A stretch of 64,000 bases of DNA. Origin: Camelus dromedarius. Its lineage: Eukaryota. The notes beneath the pieces were generated by a model. That model made no database searches, had not been told where the DNA came from, and saw only the letters and a program-made list of their open reading frames with translations. Below, piece after piece: positions 37,493-49,347 of the stretch (its first letter is position 1; every line of letters begins with the position of its first letter). The position numbers and the translations under genes were made by a program. The stretch covers positions 111,540,001 through 111,604,000 of the forward strand of contig NC_087437.1 in the NCBI RefSeq assembly GCF_036321535.1, read 5' to 3'.

Positions 37493-37595
37493 CTGGCCGG
37501 GTCAATTCACTGAAGAGATGAAGGAGAAAGCAGGGGTCATAAAGGCCATCGAGATCGGCTGTGCTCTTGTCTTTAAATATCAGTTCCTGTGCATC
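37493..37595 (-). CDS. URB1: URB1 exon (DAQELIFKDKSTADLDGLYDPCFLLHLFSELTRP)
   Basis: 103 nt, phase 0-1, contains the YDPxFLL motif. Read manually. Confidence 0.93.
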
Positions 37596-37960
37596 CTGAA
37601 ATAGCCCAAAACAAACAGAACGTGCAGCTCAACCTCAGAAACGTAATACGTGAATGTTGTAAAAAACAGCGCTTGTACATTAAATGATGTCTTTGGGATT
37701 TGCTTTTGGGGGAAGAAGTTATAAATGAAACAAGCGTGGCCAGTGCTGACAACTGCTGAGGTTGGGTGGTGGGGTCCTGTCTCTGCACCTCTGCATATGG
37801 TTGGAATTTTACTTCTAAGTTACCAAAGTACAAGAAAAACAGTGCTTGGATTTCACAGCGGCTGACGCGGAGGGTGTAATCGGAGCCCTCGGAGGGGCGG
37901 GCAGAATAGCACCCACGGGACGTGATGGCTCCCTCATGGCCTCGCCCCGAGCCCCCGCAC

Positions 37961-38132
37961 CTCACGGGGCAGCAGCCTCCGGGTCTGGGGGAAGTGCAGG
38001 ATAGTCTTCATCACGCGGTCCCGGTCCAGCAGGCGGAGGATGTCCCCGACGCTCGGCTGCTGCCACAGCGACTTGCCCAGGCTCCGGCACGTCTTGTGAT
38101 GCTCCACAGCGGCTGGGCCCCAGAGCAGCACC
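37961..38132 (-). CDS. URB1: URB1 exon (VLLWGPAAVEHHKTC...RLLPRE)
   Basis: 172 nt, phase 2-0. Confidence 0.95.
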
Positions 38133-38384
38133 CTAGAGCCGGAGGGGAGAGCAGGCTGGTCACAGGCCCCGCCAGGAGCAGAGGTCATGATGGAGACGAC
38201 GGCATGACCACTGTCAGCAGCTTTGCTGAGCAGTTAGCACGTGACAGGTACCAAGGGCAGTTCATGTGTTCTGTCATTTAATCCGCCATTTAGGGGGAAG
38301 GAGGGGTGATGGAGAGGCTGACAACGATGAGGGTGCGGTGATGGCGCAGAGGATGATGACAGAGCCAACGCTTAAGAAGAGTTT

Positions 38385-38605
38385 ATGATGTACGGACACT
38401 AAGCCTTTTAGATGTAATAATTCACTTAATCTGCACAACAATCTCATAAAGTAGGTGCTATTATCATCCCCTTTTTGCAAAACAGGAAAAGAGGCACAGA
38501 AAGGATCTGGAAGGTATAGCTCAGCTGGTCAGCTGCCCAGCTGGTAAGCGGCAGAGCAGGAATTCAAATCTGGGGCATCTAGTTCCTGAGTCTGTGCTGG
38601 ACCAC
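38385..38605 (-). mobile_element. MIR SINE
   Basis: TTCACTTAATCT.CACAACAATC.CATAAAGTAGGTGCTATTATCATCCC...GGCAGAGCAGGAATTCAAATC core. Confidence 0.7.
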
Positions 38606-40898
38606 TGTGCCAGAACCCTGGCAGCTCGATGATGCTTTACTGATACAAACCTCTCCCCATTCAACATGTGGCCACGAGCAGATCAGGTCTGCCTGCACGG
38701 CCTTGAGCTGTCTCCACCTCCAGAGTCCCCCACGTATACACCACTGCCTTTCACACCACCAGCCCCCAAGGCAGCTGCCTGGAGAGGCCATCTTGCCTTC
38801 CTCCTGGGAAATGACACAGGCCTCCCTCCTCCTCCCTACCCCTGTCCCTGCTCTCCGCTCATCGACCTCCCCACCACTGGAGGTGCTCCCAGAAAGCCCA
38901 GCTGTGCTGAGGGCCACTTCTCTGCCCCCAGATGTCTATCAGCTCTCTGGCGTCCCCTGGATGGAAACAGGAACATTTCAGGCTGGTACTCAAAATTCTT
39001 CCCAACCAACCTGTCTGGCCTTCCCACCACCTTTTCTAGGGAAGACAGGACATACCCATGATTCGGACAAGCTGACCTGCTCACCATTCCCGGGGATGTT
39101 CTGACTTCCCCACCTCCCACCTGTCAAGATGCCACTCCCTCCACCCAGTGCCCCCAGGCTCCTCCACCAGCCTCATCTCAGTCAAGTCCCTCCCTGCCCT
39201 TCCCGTGTCAACCTAGTCTTGGAGTCTTCCCTGACTCCCAAGGGGACAGCATGCTCCCGTGTGCCCTGGAACAGCTGGGTGACAGCATGTGTGTGAATCA
39301 GAAGCCAATTTAAAGAGTCACGTTTAGGACAGTCTGATCCCCTAACAGACAGCGAGACCATGTTTTACTCCTCCTGGTATTCCCACCAGTGCCGGGCACT
39401 GGGCCTTGTAAACAGCAGGTACTCAGCAAGCATCTATTGAGTTAACTACTTCTAAACGGAATTCTTTTAAATAGACTCATTTCCATAACAGTCAACAGCC
39501 GACACTCAAGTTAGAAAGCGAAGACCCTTCTTTAGGGGGTCTGGTGGCCTTGGCTTCGAACAGGCAGGGAGCGGGACAAGCCCACCCTGCTGGCACAGTC
39601 CTGAGCGCCCAGTGGTCCCCGCACAGCCTCTGACTCAGGCCTGTGCCCCCGCCTAACAGTGCGGCTGCGACATCCACCCTGAGTCTGTTCCTGAGCAGCA
39701 TGGGGTGCCGTGAGCTGCCCGTCCTCTGCTCACACCCTCTTCTCCCGGGAGCTGGGCCCAACCTCACCCTTGTGCGCAAGGGGCCACCTCGTGGGACTTT
39801 TGTCTACCCCAAGAGGGCGTTCTGCTGCCGAGGTGGATGGGGAGGACGGTGCACTCTTTGCCGTGAGGGAAACTGCTTCTGTGTCCTCTGCTCTCTCGTG
39901 TGCACACAGGGCTGTTTATTCCAGAAAGGGCACAGCGGCCGTGGCACCAGCTCCAAGGCAGCCAAAGGGTGAGGCCATGAGGGGAAGGGAAGGAGAATGT
40001 TCATGCATGACCTGGGCACTCTTAAGAGGTAGAAAATGACTTCTTTTAATTGCTTTTGCTATTGTTTTGGGGGGTGGGGAGTGGGTTCTAGTTAATACAT
40101 CTTTAATCTTTTTTTTTCCCCAAATATTCTACAAGGGAAATTTTTTTTCTCTTCCCAGAAGAGTTCTCTTGAACTATTTTCCTTGGCCCAGAAAGCTACT
40201 TCCTGTCTTAGCACACAAAGCGCCTCATAATGCTAGGGTGCTGGTCCCAAAGGGTAAGGAGAAAAGAAACCAGGGCAGCAAAGAGATTCTCAGATGCTGT
40301 CTACAGACAGCTTAGCCCCGGCCCTTGCAGAGCTGGGGCAGGGCCCTGGAGAGAGGAATCGCCCGCCCGTGGAGCCCAGGGCTGCGCTCGCCACAGAGGC
40401 CAGCAAGCAGCCCTGGAAACCCAGCAGAGACAGAGAAAGGCAGACAAGATGAACACAGAGAGAAAGACACACAGACAGGAAAGAGACAAATCCAGGGACA
40501 GACACTGCACACACACACACAGATGGGGAAGAGTGGGTTAACACCCGGTCAGCACTCCTCACCCTTCTCCCATGTCCCCACACAAGTCATTCCCACCTAA
40601 AGCAAAGCTTGAAGGAAAGGTTTTCAGAAAAACCCACTAAATGACACCTGAACCAGGAGTAAGTCTGGGGGCATACTGACAACAGACACACACCTGTCCT
40701 TCAGTGGCGTGGCCCCGGACCACCAGAGAGCACCCTCAGGTGGGAGGCCAGAGCAGCCCATGCCAGAGCTGGAGTGTGAGCTGAGGGGTCCGCCCCGCAC
40801 ACCCTTCCCTGAGAGACAATCCCGGGTGTGGCGCTCGCTGTGCGGAGTGTGAGCCACAGGCCAATTCTGCCGCTCACACCGCCAGGCCCAACACTCAC

Positions 40899-40962
40899 CT
40901 GAAGTCAATGAGGCTGAGGTTGTTCTGCTCATACGCCCGGAGGAGAAGTAAAATCTTCTGGT
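40899..40962 (-). CDS. URB1: URB1 exon (DQKILLLLRAYEQNNLSLIDF)
   Basis: 64 nt, phase 1-2. Confidence 0.92.
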
Positions 40963-41122
40963 CTAGAAGTCAGTTGGGAGTCAGTTTAGAAAACCTCTTG
41001 GTGGCAGCATCCTATTCCTTATACACATTTGTGGTCCCTCCACCCGGTCCCCACACCGTCCCCGGTCCCACCGCCCAGTCTCCACACCACCAGCTCCCAC
41101 CACCCGGTCCCCACACCCTCAC

Positions 41123-41233
41123 CCAGGATGCTGAGCGTGGCGCCGTAGGCCCCGAGGAGCACTGCAAAGTGGCTGTTCTTGCAAACAGAGGGGCACATCC
41201 TCACCACCACCGACATCAGGTCCACCAGGGCTT
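41123..41233 (-). CDS. URB1: URB1 exon (EALVDLMSVVVRMC...LLGAYGATLSIL)
   Basis: 111 nt, phase 1-1. Confidence 0.94.
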
Positions 41234-42242
41234 CTGGAAGAAAAGCACACTGAAATGCACAACAGTGCGGGGGGTGTGCACGTTCAGAATAAAGGAGGAA
41301 GCATTTCAGGGAACGTAAATGCTTGAAATACCCTCTCTGAATGATACTGGTCTTGGGACTGGACTAATACTGGTCTTAATCCCTTCCCTACTTTTTCCTT
41401 TTTAAAAATAAACATGTCTTCACAGTCGTCTCTCTTCCTAGGTCTTTGTCAAAACTGCGGTCAGCCTCTTCCAGCCCCCTCCCAAATTTTAAACCAACAA
41501 AGAGTTTAAAACCAAAGCATTTCCCCCCACGATTGTGTTGCTAAAATCTAGCATCTCCTCCCGCCTGAAACGGTGAGGCCTTCTTACTTCTACTGCCCGG
41601 ACCAGGAATGTGGGTCATGGCTCTCTCCAGTTCAGCAGTTTGTTACAGACCAGCTCCGCAGTGATTTCCAACAGTGCAGGGTGTTAATTTTGTTTCTAAC
41701 AGAGCATGGCTTCAGAAGGCGGGACCCTTCAGACCTCTGATGTCTCCGTGGCCTTCCCCCACCCCTAAGCACAAGCTTATTGAACTAACTAGGGATGTAG
41801 CTGAGGCCTGGGCTTTAAAAGAGTCCCCGGCAGTGAACCATCCACAGGGACCTCCGAACACTTCACCCTTGATAAGTTTCACCCACCCCGTTAAGACGTT
41901 TCATGTAACTGAACAATTTCTCTCAGGTCAGACCCCGCTCCTACTTTCTCCTAACTTCCAGTTTTAAGACTTGCCCATAATTTGGCAAGAGGACATTAAA
42001 TATGACGTCTGTGAGCCAGGACAGGCTCTGAAGAGAGGTCCGCACTTGCTGTTTGACCCTAAGTTAGAGGAAACACTTAAATCTGAGCTTTGATTTGACA
42101 AAAGTGAAATATTTGAATACCGTTTGTGCAATGCTTCCTTAGCTCTGAAAACATGTGGGTGCTAAGCTTAGGTGCACAGCAAGCTCAATGAAACCAGGAA
42201 ACAAAATCTAGATCTGAGATGGGAGGTGGGGTAAGGGCTCAC

Positions 42243-42436
42243 CTTTCACGTGGCTGTCTGGGTTTCCCTCTTCACCGGACTCCAGCAGGGTCGGCAGGAA
42301 CAGCGAGTGCTGGGTAAGCATCGTGTGGACCACCGGAAGCTGGGTGAGCTTTGAGCACATGGAGTTTTCTGGAAGGTATAGGATCTCTATGGCAGCACAG
42401 AGGGCCTTTAAAAATGCGTGGTCCTGATACCGGTAT
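42243..42436 (-). CDS. URB1: URB1 exon (YRYQDHAFLKAL...PDSHVK)
   Basis: 194 nt, phase 2-1. Confidence 0.94.
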
Positions 42437-42843
42437 CTGGGAGGCAAGAACCCAAGGGGGAAACGGCTTATCATAAAAGATAAAAAACCTTTTTCTCAGC
42501 GTTTTATTGAGGAAGACTTCCAACATGCCACCCAGGCGAGGGTTTTACAGTGCACACTTATCCACCCCGCATCCCGACTCCACCCAACACTGCACCTCAC
42601 CCGCCGCCACCCCCCCATCAGCCACCCCCAGCACAGGGGGCGCTTCGCACAGCAAGGGCTGCATGCAGCCCGCTTCTGTTCTCGACAGTGCAAATGCCAC
42701 ACCAACTTTCCAGCCCTCTGAAGTGCCAGGGGGCAGCATAACAGCCAAGTCTAAATAAAGACAACGCTCACTGCCCCCAGCCCACCCTGCTGGCCAGCCT
42801 CCCTCCCTCCTTCCTTTCAGCTACTCAAAGCTCCCATCAAGCA

Positions 42844-43008
42844 GGGAGGGTACAGCTCAGTGGTAGAGTGCACGCTTAGCACGCACGAGGTCCTGGTTCA
42901 ATCCCCAGTACCTCCGCTAAAATAAATAAATAAACTTAATTACCACTGCCCCAGAACACAACAGAAAAACCAAAATAAACAAACAAAAAAAATTTGGAAA
43001 AAAAAAAG
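42844..43008 (+). mobile_element. tRNA-Ala-derived SINE (camelid Vic-type) with long A-rich tail and TSD
   Basis: GGGAGGGTACAGCTCAGTGGTAGAGTG...TTAGCA..CACGAGGTCCTGGTTCAATCCCCAGTACCTCC. Flanked by identical CTCCCATCAA at 42831-42840 and 43012-43021. Confidence 0.9.
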
Positions 43009-44113
43009 CCACTCCCATCAAATGGTTCAAAAGCTTTCTCATCTTAACTCCCTTCAGAACCCACTGAAGAAATGAAAGCATCCTGCTCTAGGAAACAAGT
43101 TTTTAATCACATGCGAACGATGTTAAGAATCACTTAGCAGAGAGCAGACATTCTAGAAACACGCATTAACCAGAGACTGAAAGAAATGCCATCATTTCAC
43201 GATGGTAATACTTGGTTGCCATTAACCTCTGACCCGCCTTCAGTTATTCGTCTTCTTGAGTATTTTTCTGTCTCAAATGGATGAATAATCAGAGAAACGA
43301 ATATCAGAGGCACAATGAAATGTTTCATGACTATCTGATTGCCAAAAGGTCTGACTATATCAACTGCTAGTGAGCATGAATTAACAAATGATCTTCCACA
43401 CTGTGTCACGTGAGCTACAACACCTTGGAGAGTAAACTGAAAACCTGGCATGTGGGCCCGGAGAGACCTGCACCATTCATGGCAGGAGTGGAAGGGCGGG
43501 AGGAGGGCGGGAGAAATGGGAGGGGCGGTCCATCAGCAGGGGGCTGGCTAAACCAACTCTGGTACAGTCATCAGACAGCATAAAGGAGTGACTTAGATCT
43601 CCAGTATCAACACGGGTAACTCAAAAACATTTGAATGCAAAGCAAAGACCACAAAGTAGCACATCTGTATACAACGTCAAACACACTAAACAATGTTATT
43701 TATTGCTTAGAGACATACTAACAAGCACCCAAAGTATGAGAACACACAGGGCCATGACAAAGCTCAGGCTCAGAAAGGTGACGCTTTTGGGCGAAAAGAG
43801 GGAAGAGAATTGATTTCGACAAACAGAAAACTGTCAGCATGTATTAAATCTGGGTGCTGATACGATTTTCTGCACAATTCTGCTTTTAAAAAATATTTCA
43901 TTTTTTAAAGGCTGCCCCCTCATCATTGTTAAAAGCACACACGTATCAATGGGCAGGTATCATTTAACCTCCCCAGTATCAGTGTCTCTAACACAGCAGT
44001 GGCACCTGCTCACCACGTCCTTTACACTAGTAACAAGCTACCCCGCCGGCTCTGCACCAGCGAAGGCATTCACCGCCTGCCTGAATCACACCAAGAAAAT
44101 AAATTCCACTTAC

Positions 44114-44172
44114 TTGAGTCCGGTCTTCACAAATTTCTGCCAAGCCCCAGGATCAACTTCATTAAGTGAATT
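44114..44172 (-). CDS. URB1: URB1 exon (NSLNEVDPGAWQKFVKTGL)
   Basis: 59 nt, phase 0-2. Read manually. Confidence 0.9.
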
Positions 44173-45669
44173 CTATGAATAAAATGAGAAGTGTATGTGG
44201 AATATCCCAATTAGCTTAAAACATACAATTTAAATTAATGTCCCTCAGTAAACATGGAATACAGTTACCTAAGCAATTCACAAAAACACGTGGTGGTTTC
44301 TTTGATTTTTTAAATTGTTTTATTTCCACTAATAGCTCTGTCATTTTGTTAGCACACCTACGATCCTCAAATGACCAAAAGAGAAGTTCCAAATTGTCCT
44401 GTAACTTTCTTTGTTGCCCACCATTTTGAGCAACACTGACTGATTTACAACACACACATGTGCAGCCACACATGACTGTTTAAATTCACAAGAGCATGTC
44501 TACCCAGGGCAAGACCACCGCACCACCAACAGGGCCGACAGAGGTCCACAGCCTCTGATGAGGAGAGAATCTCCAAACACAGGATACGTTACATCAGAAG
44601 AGGGGCTGCTCTGGAGGGAAGGGGTGACAAGGAAAAAGCATGAGAGAACTTCCTGGGATGATGAAAATCTTCCTGGACAGGGGTGTGGGCACAGGGGTAT
44701 TCATCAACACGAAACTATACACTCAAGACCCTGCACTTCACAAGATGAAAATTACACCTTAGTTGAAGAAAAGGGCTGCTGGGATGCTGGCAGTGGGGAG
44801 GCTATGCACGGATGGGGGCCGGGGGCCTATGTGAGCTTGGGACTTTCTGCTCAATTCTGCCATGAACCCAAACCTGCTCTAAAAACTGACTGTTAAAAAG
44901 GAGGGAAAAGAAGCGAGAGAGAGAGAGAGAAAGAAAAAAGAAAAGTGGGGTAAGGAGGGAGGCAGGCCCTGAGAACACAAATGCCTAGCACAGCACAGCC
45001 TTCGCCCCAGCCCTCAAGCCCGCCGGCCGGGCCCGGCACCGCTCGTCCACAGCGCGGCTTCCCCACATCTCGGGGCTGTCCCTCCTTTTCCCTGGTCCTG
45101 GCGCGTTGGGTGCCTACAGGCCTGAAATTCACAAACCTGTAACACAACAAATTCAGTCTGAAATACTGGTTATAAAGTCTCTAAACACAACTACGTGGGC
45201 ACTACAACTGACCTAGAACCCAAATGTATTTGTCGCACGTTTATTAACTTGTACCTGGGGTCCTTTTCCTCAGGATTCCCTTTTAAGTCTTGGGTTCAGT
45301 GTTTCTTTACATACAAGTCACAGACTCTATGACTCTTAACACAATTTTACACCGTGCATTGAGGAAAAACTCGCACTCTAGCCTTCAAGAGGTTCGTTAT
45401 TTCCATGAAAAAATACAACATTAAAAAAAAAAGGATGCGTCAGGCATAAAGGGGAGAAGGAAGGAGCGGGTCACCCAGCAAGGGCACCCACCCCTGCACC
45501 AGCGTCACCCAGCTGCTCCAGAGGAGAGCGAGCAGATGGGGGAGAGAAACACACACACACACGCCCCTTTTTATATGCAGTTGCATATTTAACTTGGTCA
45601 TTAATTCATAAACACATGAGTATTTTGTACATAAAAAAAAAAGGATGCATCAATAAAAGGGAATAAAGG

Positions 45670-46310
45670 CCAAAAACAGCTAATAATTTCCGAATTCTAT
45701 GAAAACACTAAACTCACAGAGCCAGGAAGCTCACTGAACCCAAAGCACGGGAAACCTTAAGAAAGCCACCCTGAGGCACATCACAGTCCAACTGTTCTAA
45801 GCAATGTAAAGAAAAACAGCCCTGGAAGCAGCCAGAGAAAAAAGACGTGATGTACAGAGAAACAGGTAAGAACGAGAGATTTCTATCAGAAACAATGTGC
45901 CCCAGGAGACAGTAAAGCAATGTCTTTAAGGTCCCGAAAGAAAACCACCACTGTTAACCTGGAATTTTACACCCAGTGAAACTCTTCTTAACTTATTCTG
46001 AGGCCAGTATAACCTGGTCCTAAAGCCAGACTAGGACATTTCAAGAATATAAAATTATAAACTCATATCCCTCATGCACACAGACACAAAAATTCTTAAT
46101 AAAACATCAGCATATCAAATCCAACAATATATAAAGATGATAATATATCAAGACCACATAGGTTTAACCAGGGAAAGCAAGGGTGGTTTGACATTCAAAG
46201 ATCGATTAATATAATTCACCTCATTAACAGTCTGAACAAAACCAAAACTCTACAACCATCTCAGGAGAGGCAACAAAAGGCGTCCTGACAAATTCCTACA
46301 TCTGTCCCTG
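45670..46310 (+). mobile_element. L1M ORF1/ORF2 fragments
   Basis: GAAGCAGCCAGAGAAAAAAGAC, ATTCTGAGGCCAGTATAACC and AAGGGTGGTTTGACATTC motifs. Confidence 0.7.
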
Positions 46311-46498
46311 GTAACGATGGCCTGTCAGTTCAGAGTTCGCCCTCCACCTGCGGCTCCGCCTCCTGGACACAGCCCCTCCCACTGGCCGCCAGGTCCAAGT
46401 CATGCCACCTGGCTTGGAATGTACCTGTAAACCTCGGTTTTTCTAGCACACTCTTCCCCTTAAAAATCCAACTAGGGCCTCTGATAAGAGACACCTAC

Positions 46499-46682
46499 CA
46501 ATAGCTCGTTTAATCTCAGCAGCATCTGCTTCTCTTGGTCCTGGGTGCCGTCGTCTTGCTGGCCGCCACCGAAGGCCTCGACCAGCCACTGCACACAGGC
46601 CTCCAGCAGAGTCTTTTTCCAGGCACACAGCTCTTCTGCTGACTCTTCCAGGACGGCTGAGATGGAGTCGGCCACCATCCAA
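46499..46682 (-). CDS. URB1: URB1 exon (WMVADSISAVL...LRLNELL)
   Basis: 184 nt, phase 2-0. Confidence 0.94.
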
Positions 46683-46932
46683 CTGTAGCAGAAGACAGCA
46701 GTCACAGTTAGAGGCAGGCATGGCCTCAACCCCTCTAGCTTGAAATATAACCCAGCATTGCAATGGGCCACATAAGACAGGTGCCCTGAGTCCTGGTACC
46801 GACGCTACCCAAGCACAGAAATCACAGGCCTCCTCTGCCTTTTCCTCAAACATCAAAGATGTACCAGAATTTTTACGACTAGGGGAAACACGATCAGCAC
46901 ACCAGAAAAAGGATACAACTTGGTCTAAATCA

Positions 46933-47162
46933 GGCAATCACAACCTCGGCCCTACTGACATTTGGAGCCAAATGATTCTTTCTTGAGGGGGACAAGGGCT
47001 GTCCTCCGCATTACAGGATATTTAGACGCACCCTGGCCTCTACCCTCTAGAAGCCAGAAGCAACACCCTCCCCCTACGTCCAAATCATGACAAAAAATTT
47101 CAGACATTGCCAACTGTCCCCTGGAGTGGGCAAAATCACCCCTGGTTGAGAATCACGGCTCT
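46933..47162 (+). mobile_element. MER20 (hAT-Charlie) DNA transposon
   Basis: CAACCTCGGC.CTACTGACATTTGG...CAGACATTGCCAA.TGTCCCCTGG...GCAAAATCACCCCTGGTTGAGAA. Strand nominal. Confidence 0.75.
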
Positions 47163-47345
47163 AAGGGAATTGGAGCCATCCACCTGCGGAGATGAACTCA
47201 CTCTAGCCAGGATGCTGGAAGAGTTCTTACAGAACTGTTCTCACCAACTAAGGCAACAGCAACACTGCAATTTTCACTGCTTTATAAACACGACAGGGGG
47301 AAGTGACTCTGAGATGGGAAAGCCAGACCATCGAAGCCTTCATAC

Positions 47346-47547
47346 CTCTTGTGACTGCCTGGAGCCCGAAGCAAGCTGGGCAAATGGTCCATGAGAACAC
47401 GGAGGTCCTTGGCTCTTGCAAATGGGACCAGCTGGGCCAGGATCTCCTGATGCAGCCCAGACTCTGGGGGCCCATCAGCACTCAGCAGCCTGGTCTGCAG
47501 CTGCCGCCACAGGGCCTTCCTCAAGACAGGAATGACAGCAGAGGACA
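47346..47547 (-). CDS. URB1: URB1 exon (VSSAVIPVLRKALWRQL...PGSHK)
   Basis: 202 nt, phase 1-2. Confidence 0.94.
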
Positions 47548-47589
47548 CTGGGGCGGAGACAAACAGGAGGGGAAGTCCATCACTGCGGA

Positions 47590-47771
47590 GCGCTAGAACC
47601 CGCTCATGTGAGCTGGTGGCTGGATTTCAGGGGTCTTGTCACGTGGGTGATGTCACACTAGTAGCTTGAAATTGGCCATGACAGGCGTAATAACACCATG
47701 GAAATTGGTAAATGCTACAAATCTTTCTCCCCTAAGAGCCAGGTCTTAGAACATTCACCAGCACGCCACTG
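47590..47771 (-). mobile_element. MER63-like hAT element
   Basis: TAGCTTGAAATTGGCCATG...ACACCATGGAAATTGGTAAATGCTACAAATC...ACCAGCACGCCACTG. Recalled consensus. Confidence 0.55.
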
Positions 47772-48494
47772 ATACCTCTCGTCACTCAACCCTGACAGGG
47801 ACGGTTCGACCCAGTGGGCCCCTAGCTCAAGGTCATGACCAGACGGTGAGCCTTCTAGTCCTGAGCTCACTTGGGAACAGGAGGGGGCACCGAGAACAAC
47901 CCACTGGAAGGCTTGCTTCTGTGGGGGCTCTTATTTTTTAAAATTTAACATCTGTCATCCATGCAAAGCTAGGCCGCACAGAGACAAAGCAGTGAGTGAG
48001 AACTCATTCATACACAAGACAATTCAAGTTCAAGGTGATCACAAAGTGCCTCCGATCTGAAACCTGACTGGTAGGGAGAGAAGAGAGCATGGCCCAGGCT
48101 GCCTTGGCTCAGCACCACCTCACCACCGCTTCAAAGGACCGTCACCCAATGACTCCTCAACCTGACGAGACCCAGCCCCGGGCGGCTCCCTCCTTGGCCC
48201 CCAGTGGCTGCAGCTACTGCCCCCTCATCTCCTGCCCCCCACCCACCCCAGCTCCCTGTGGGTAACTCCAAGTAGACAGCAGCACGGGGCAACACCTCAG
48301 GCCAGAGGGTCAGGAGTCTGGGGTCTGGGGAAGGATGTTGAAATTTCCCCATCCTTCCCCACCTCCAGAGCCGAGTCAGACACCAGAGGGGAAACAGAAC
48401 AAAAGCACGGTGAGGAACGTGAGGTTCCCGGGCTTAAGACTGGACCCGTGCTCTCACGTCCCCCGGCTGCCCGCCCGGCCATCCCTTCCCATAC

Positions 48495-49347
48495 CTCCTG
48501 CGGGGCGCGTGAAGGGTCCCCGAGCCCGGCACTGGAGGTACACGTTGACGACGGGGAGGAGGTCATCCGGGGCCTCCCGCAGGCAGCGCCCCACACCGGG
48601 CTGCCCGCACCAGCGCTCAAACCGCAGCAGGTGGGTGCAGCTCCGCTGCAGGAGCAGGGCCGCCGTGCCCAGGGCCGCCTGCGTCCGCCGGGCCAGGCAG
48701 TAGTCCAGCAGGTCGACTCCAACCACAGAGGCCAGCATGGGCTCTCTCTGCAGTGCGTGGAGGAGCACGGCGTCCAGCTCGTCCACGGCCAGCGTGGGAA
48801 GCAGGGCCCCTAGGCCCCTCACGTACTCGGAGGCCCAGAGGAGCTCGCTGCTCTGCAGCTGATCCCGGGGGCTGCTGGTCAACAGCTGGACCAGCGCCCT
48901 CCCAAGAGTGCTCAGCCGTCTCTCCTTGGGGGACTTGGCAGGTCGCTGGGCCACCAGGTGGGCCACCGGCAGGCTCAGCAGGGCCAGGGTGACCTCCCGG
49001 AGCTGGGCACCCTCCATGTACGGATGCAGCCCCTGCAGGGCTTCAAGCTGAGGAAGGGTCTTTGGCGTCATTGAGGCTGAGCCCGCCCTCCGGTTTCGCA
49101 GCTCTCTGAGGACGCTCTGGGTGATGGCTTCCGAGTACCTGGCCAGGAGGCCCAGCTGACCAATGCCCTGGAGGATTGGGGCACTGGCCACCAGCAGCTG
49201 AAGGACTCCTCTGCTGAGATGGGCTGCCAGGAGCTTCACGAGGATGGGGCTGAGGGTGTGCGGAGGGAGGGCCTGCCGCTCCAGGGCCAGGTACCAGCCC
49301 TCCAGTGTGGGATGTCTGAGGATGGCCCCGAGCACCTCCTCCAGAGT
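48495..49347 (-). CDS. URB1: URB1 large exon (TLEEVLGAILRHPTLEGW...FTRPAG)
   Basis: 853 nt, phase 0-1. Corresponds to the 300-aa ORF in the track. Confidence 0.96.

Noticed and set aside
42844..42915. Apparent tRNA-Ala(AGC) gene (also at 3624-3700 and 14021-14094)
   Set aside because: A-rich tail, TSD, a T-arm deletion and stem mismatches indicate SINE copies rather than functional tRNAs.
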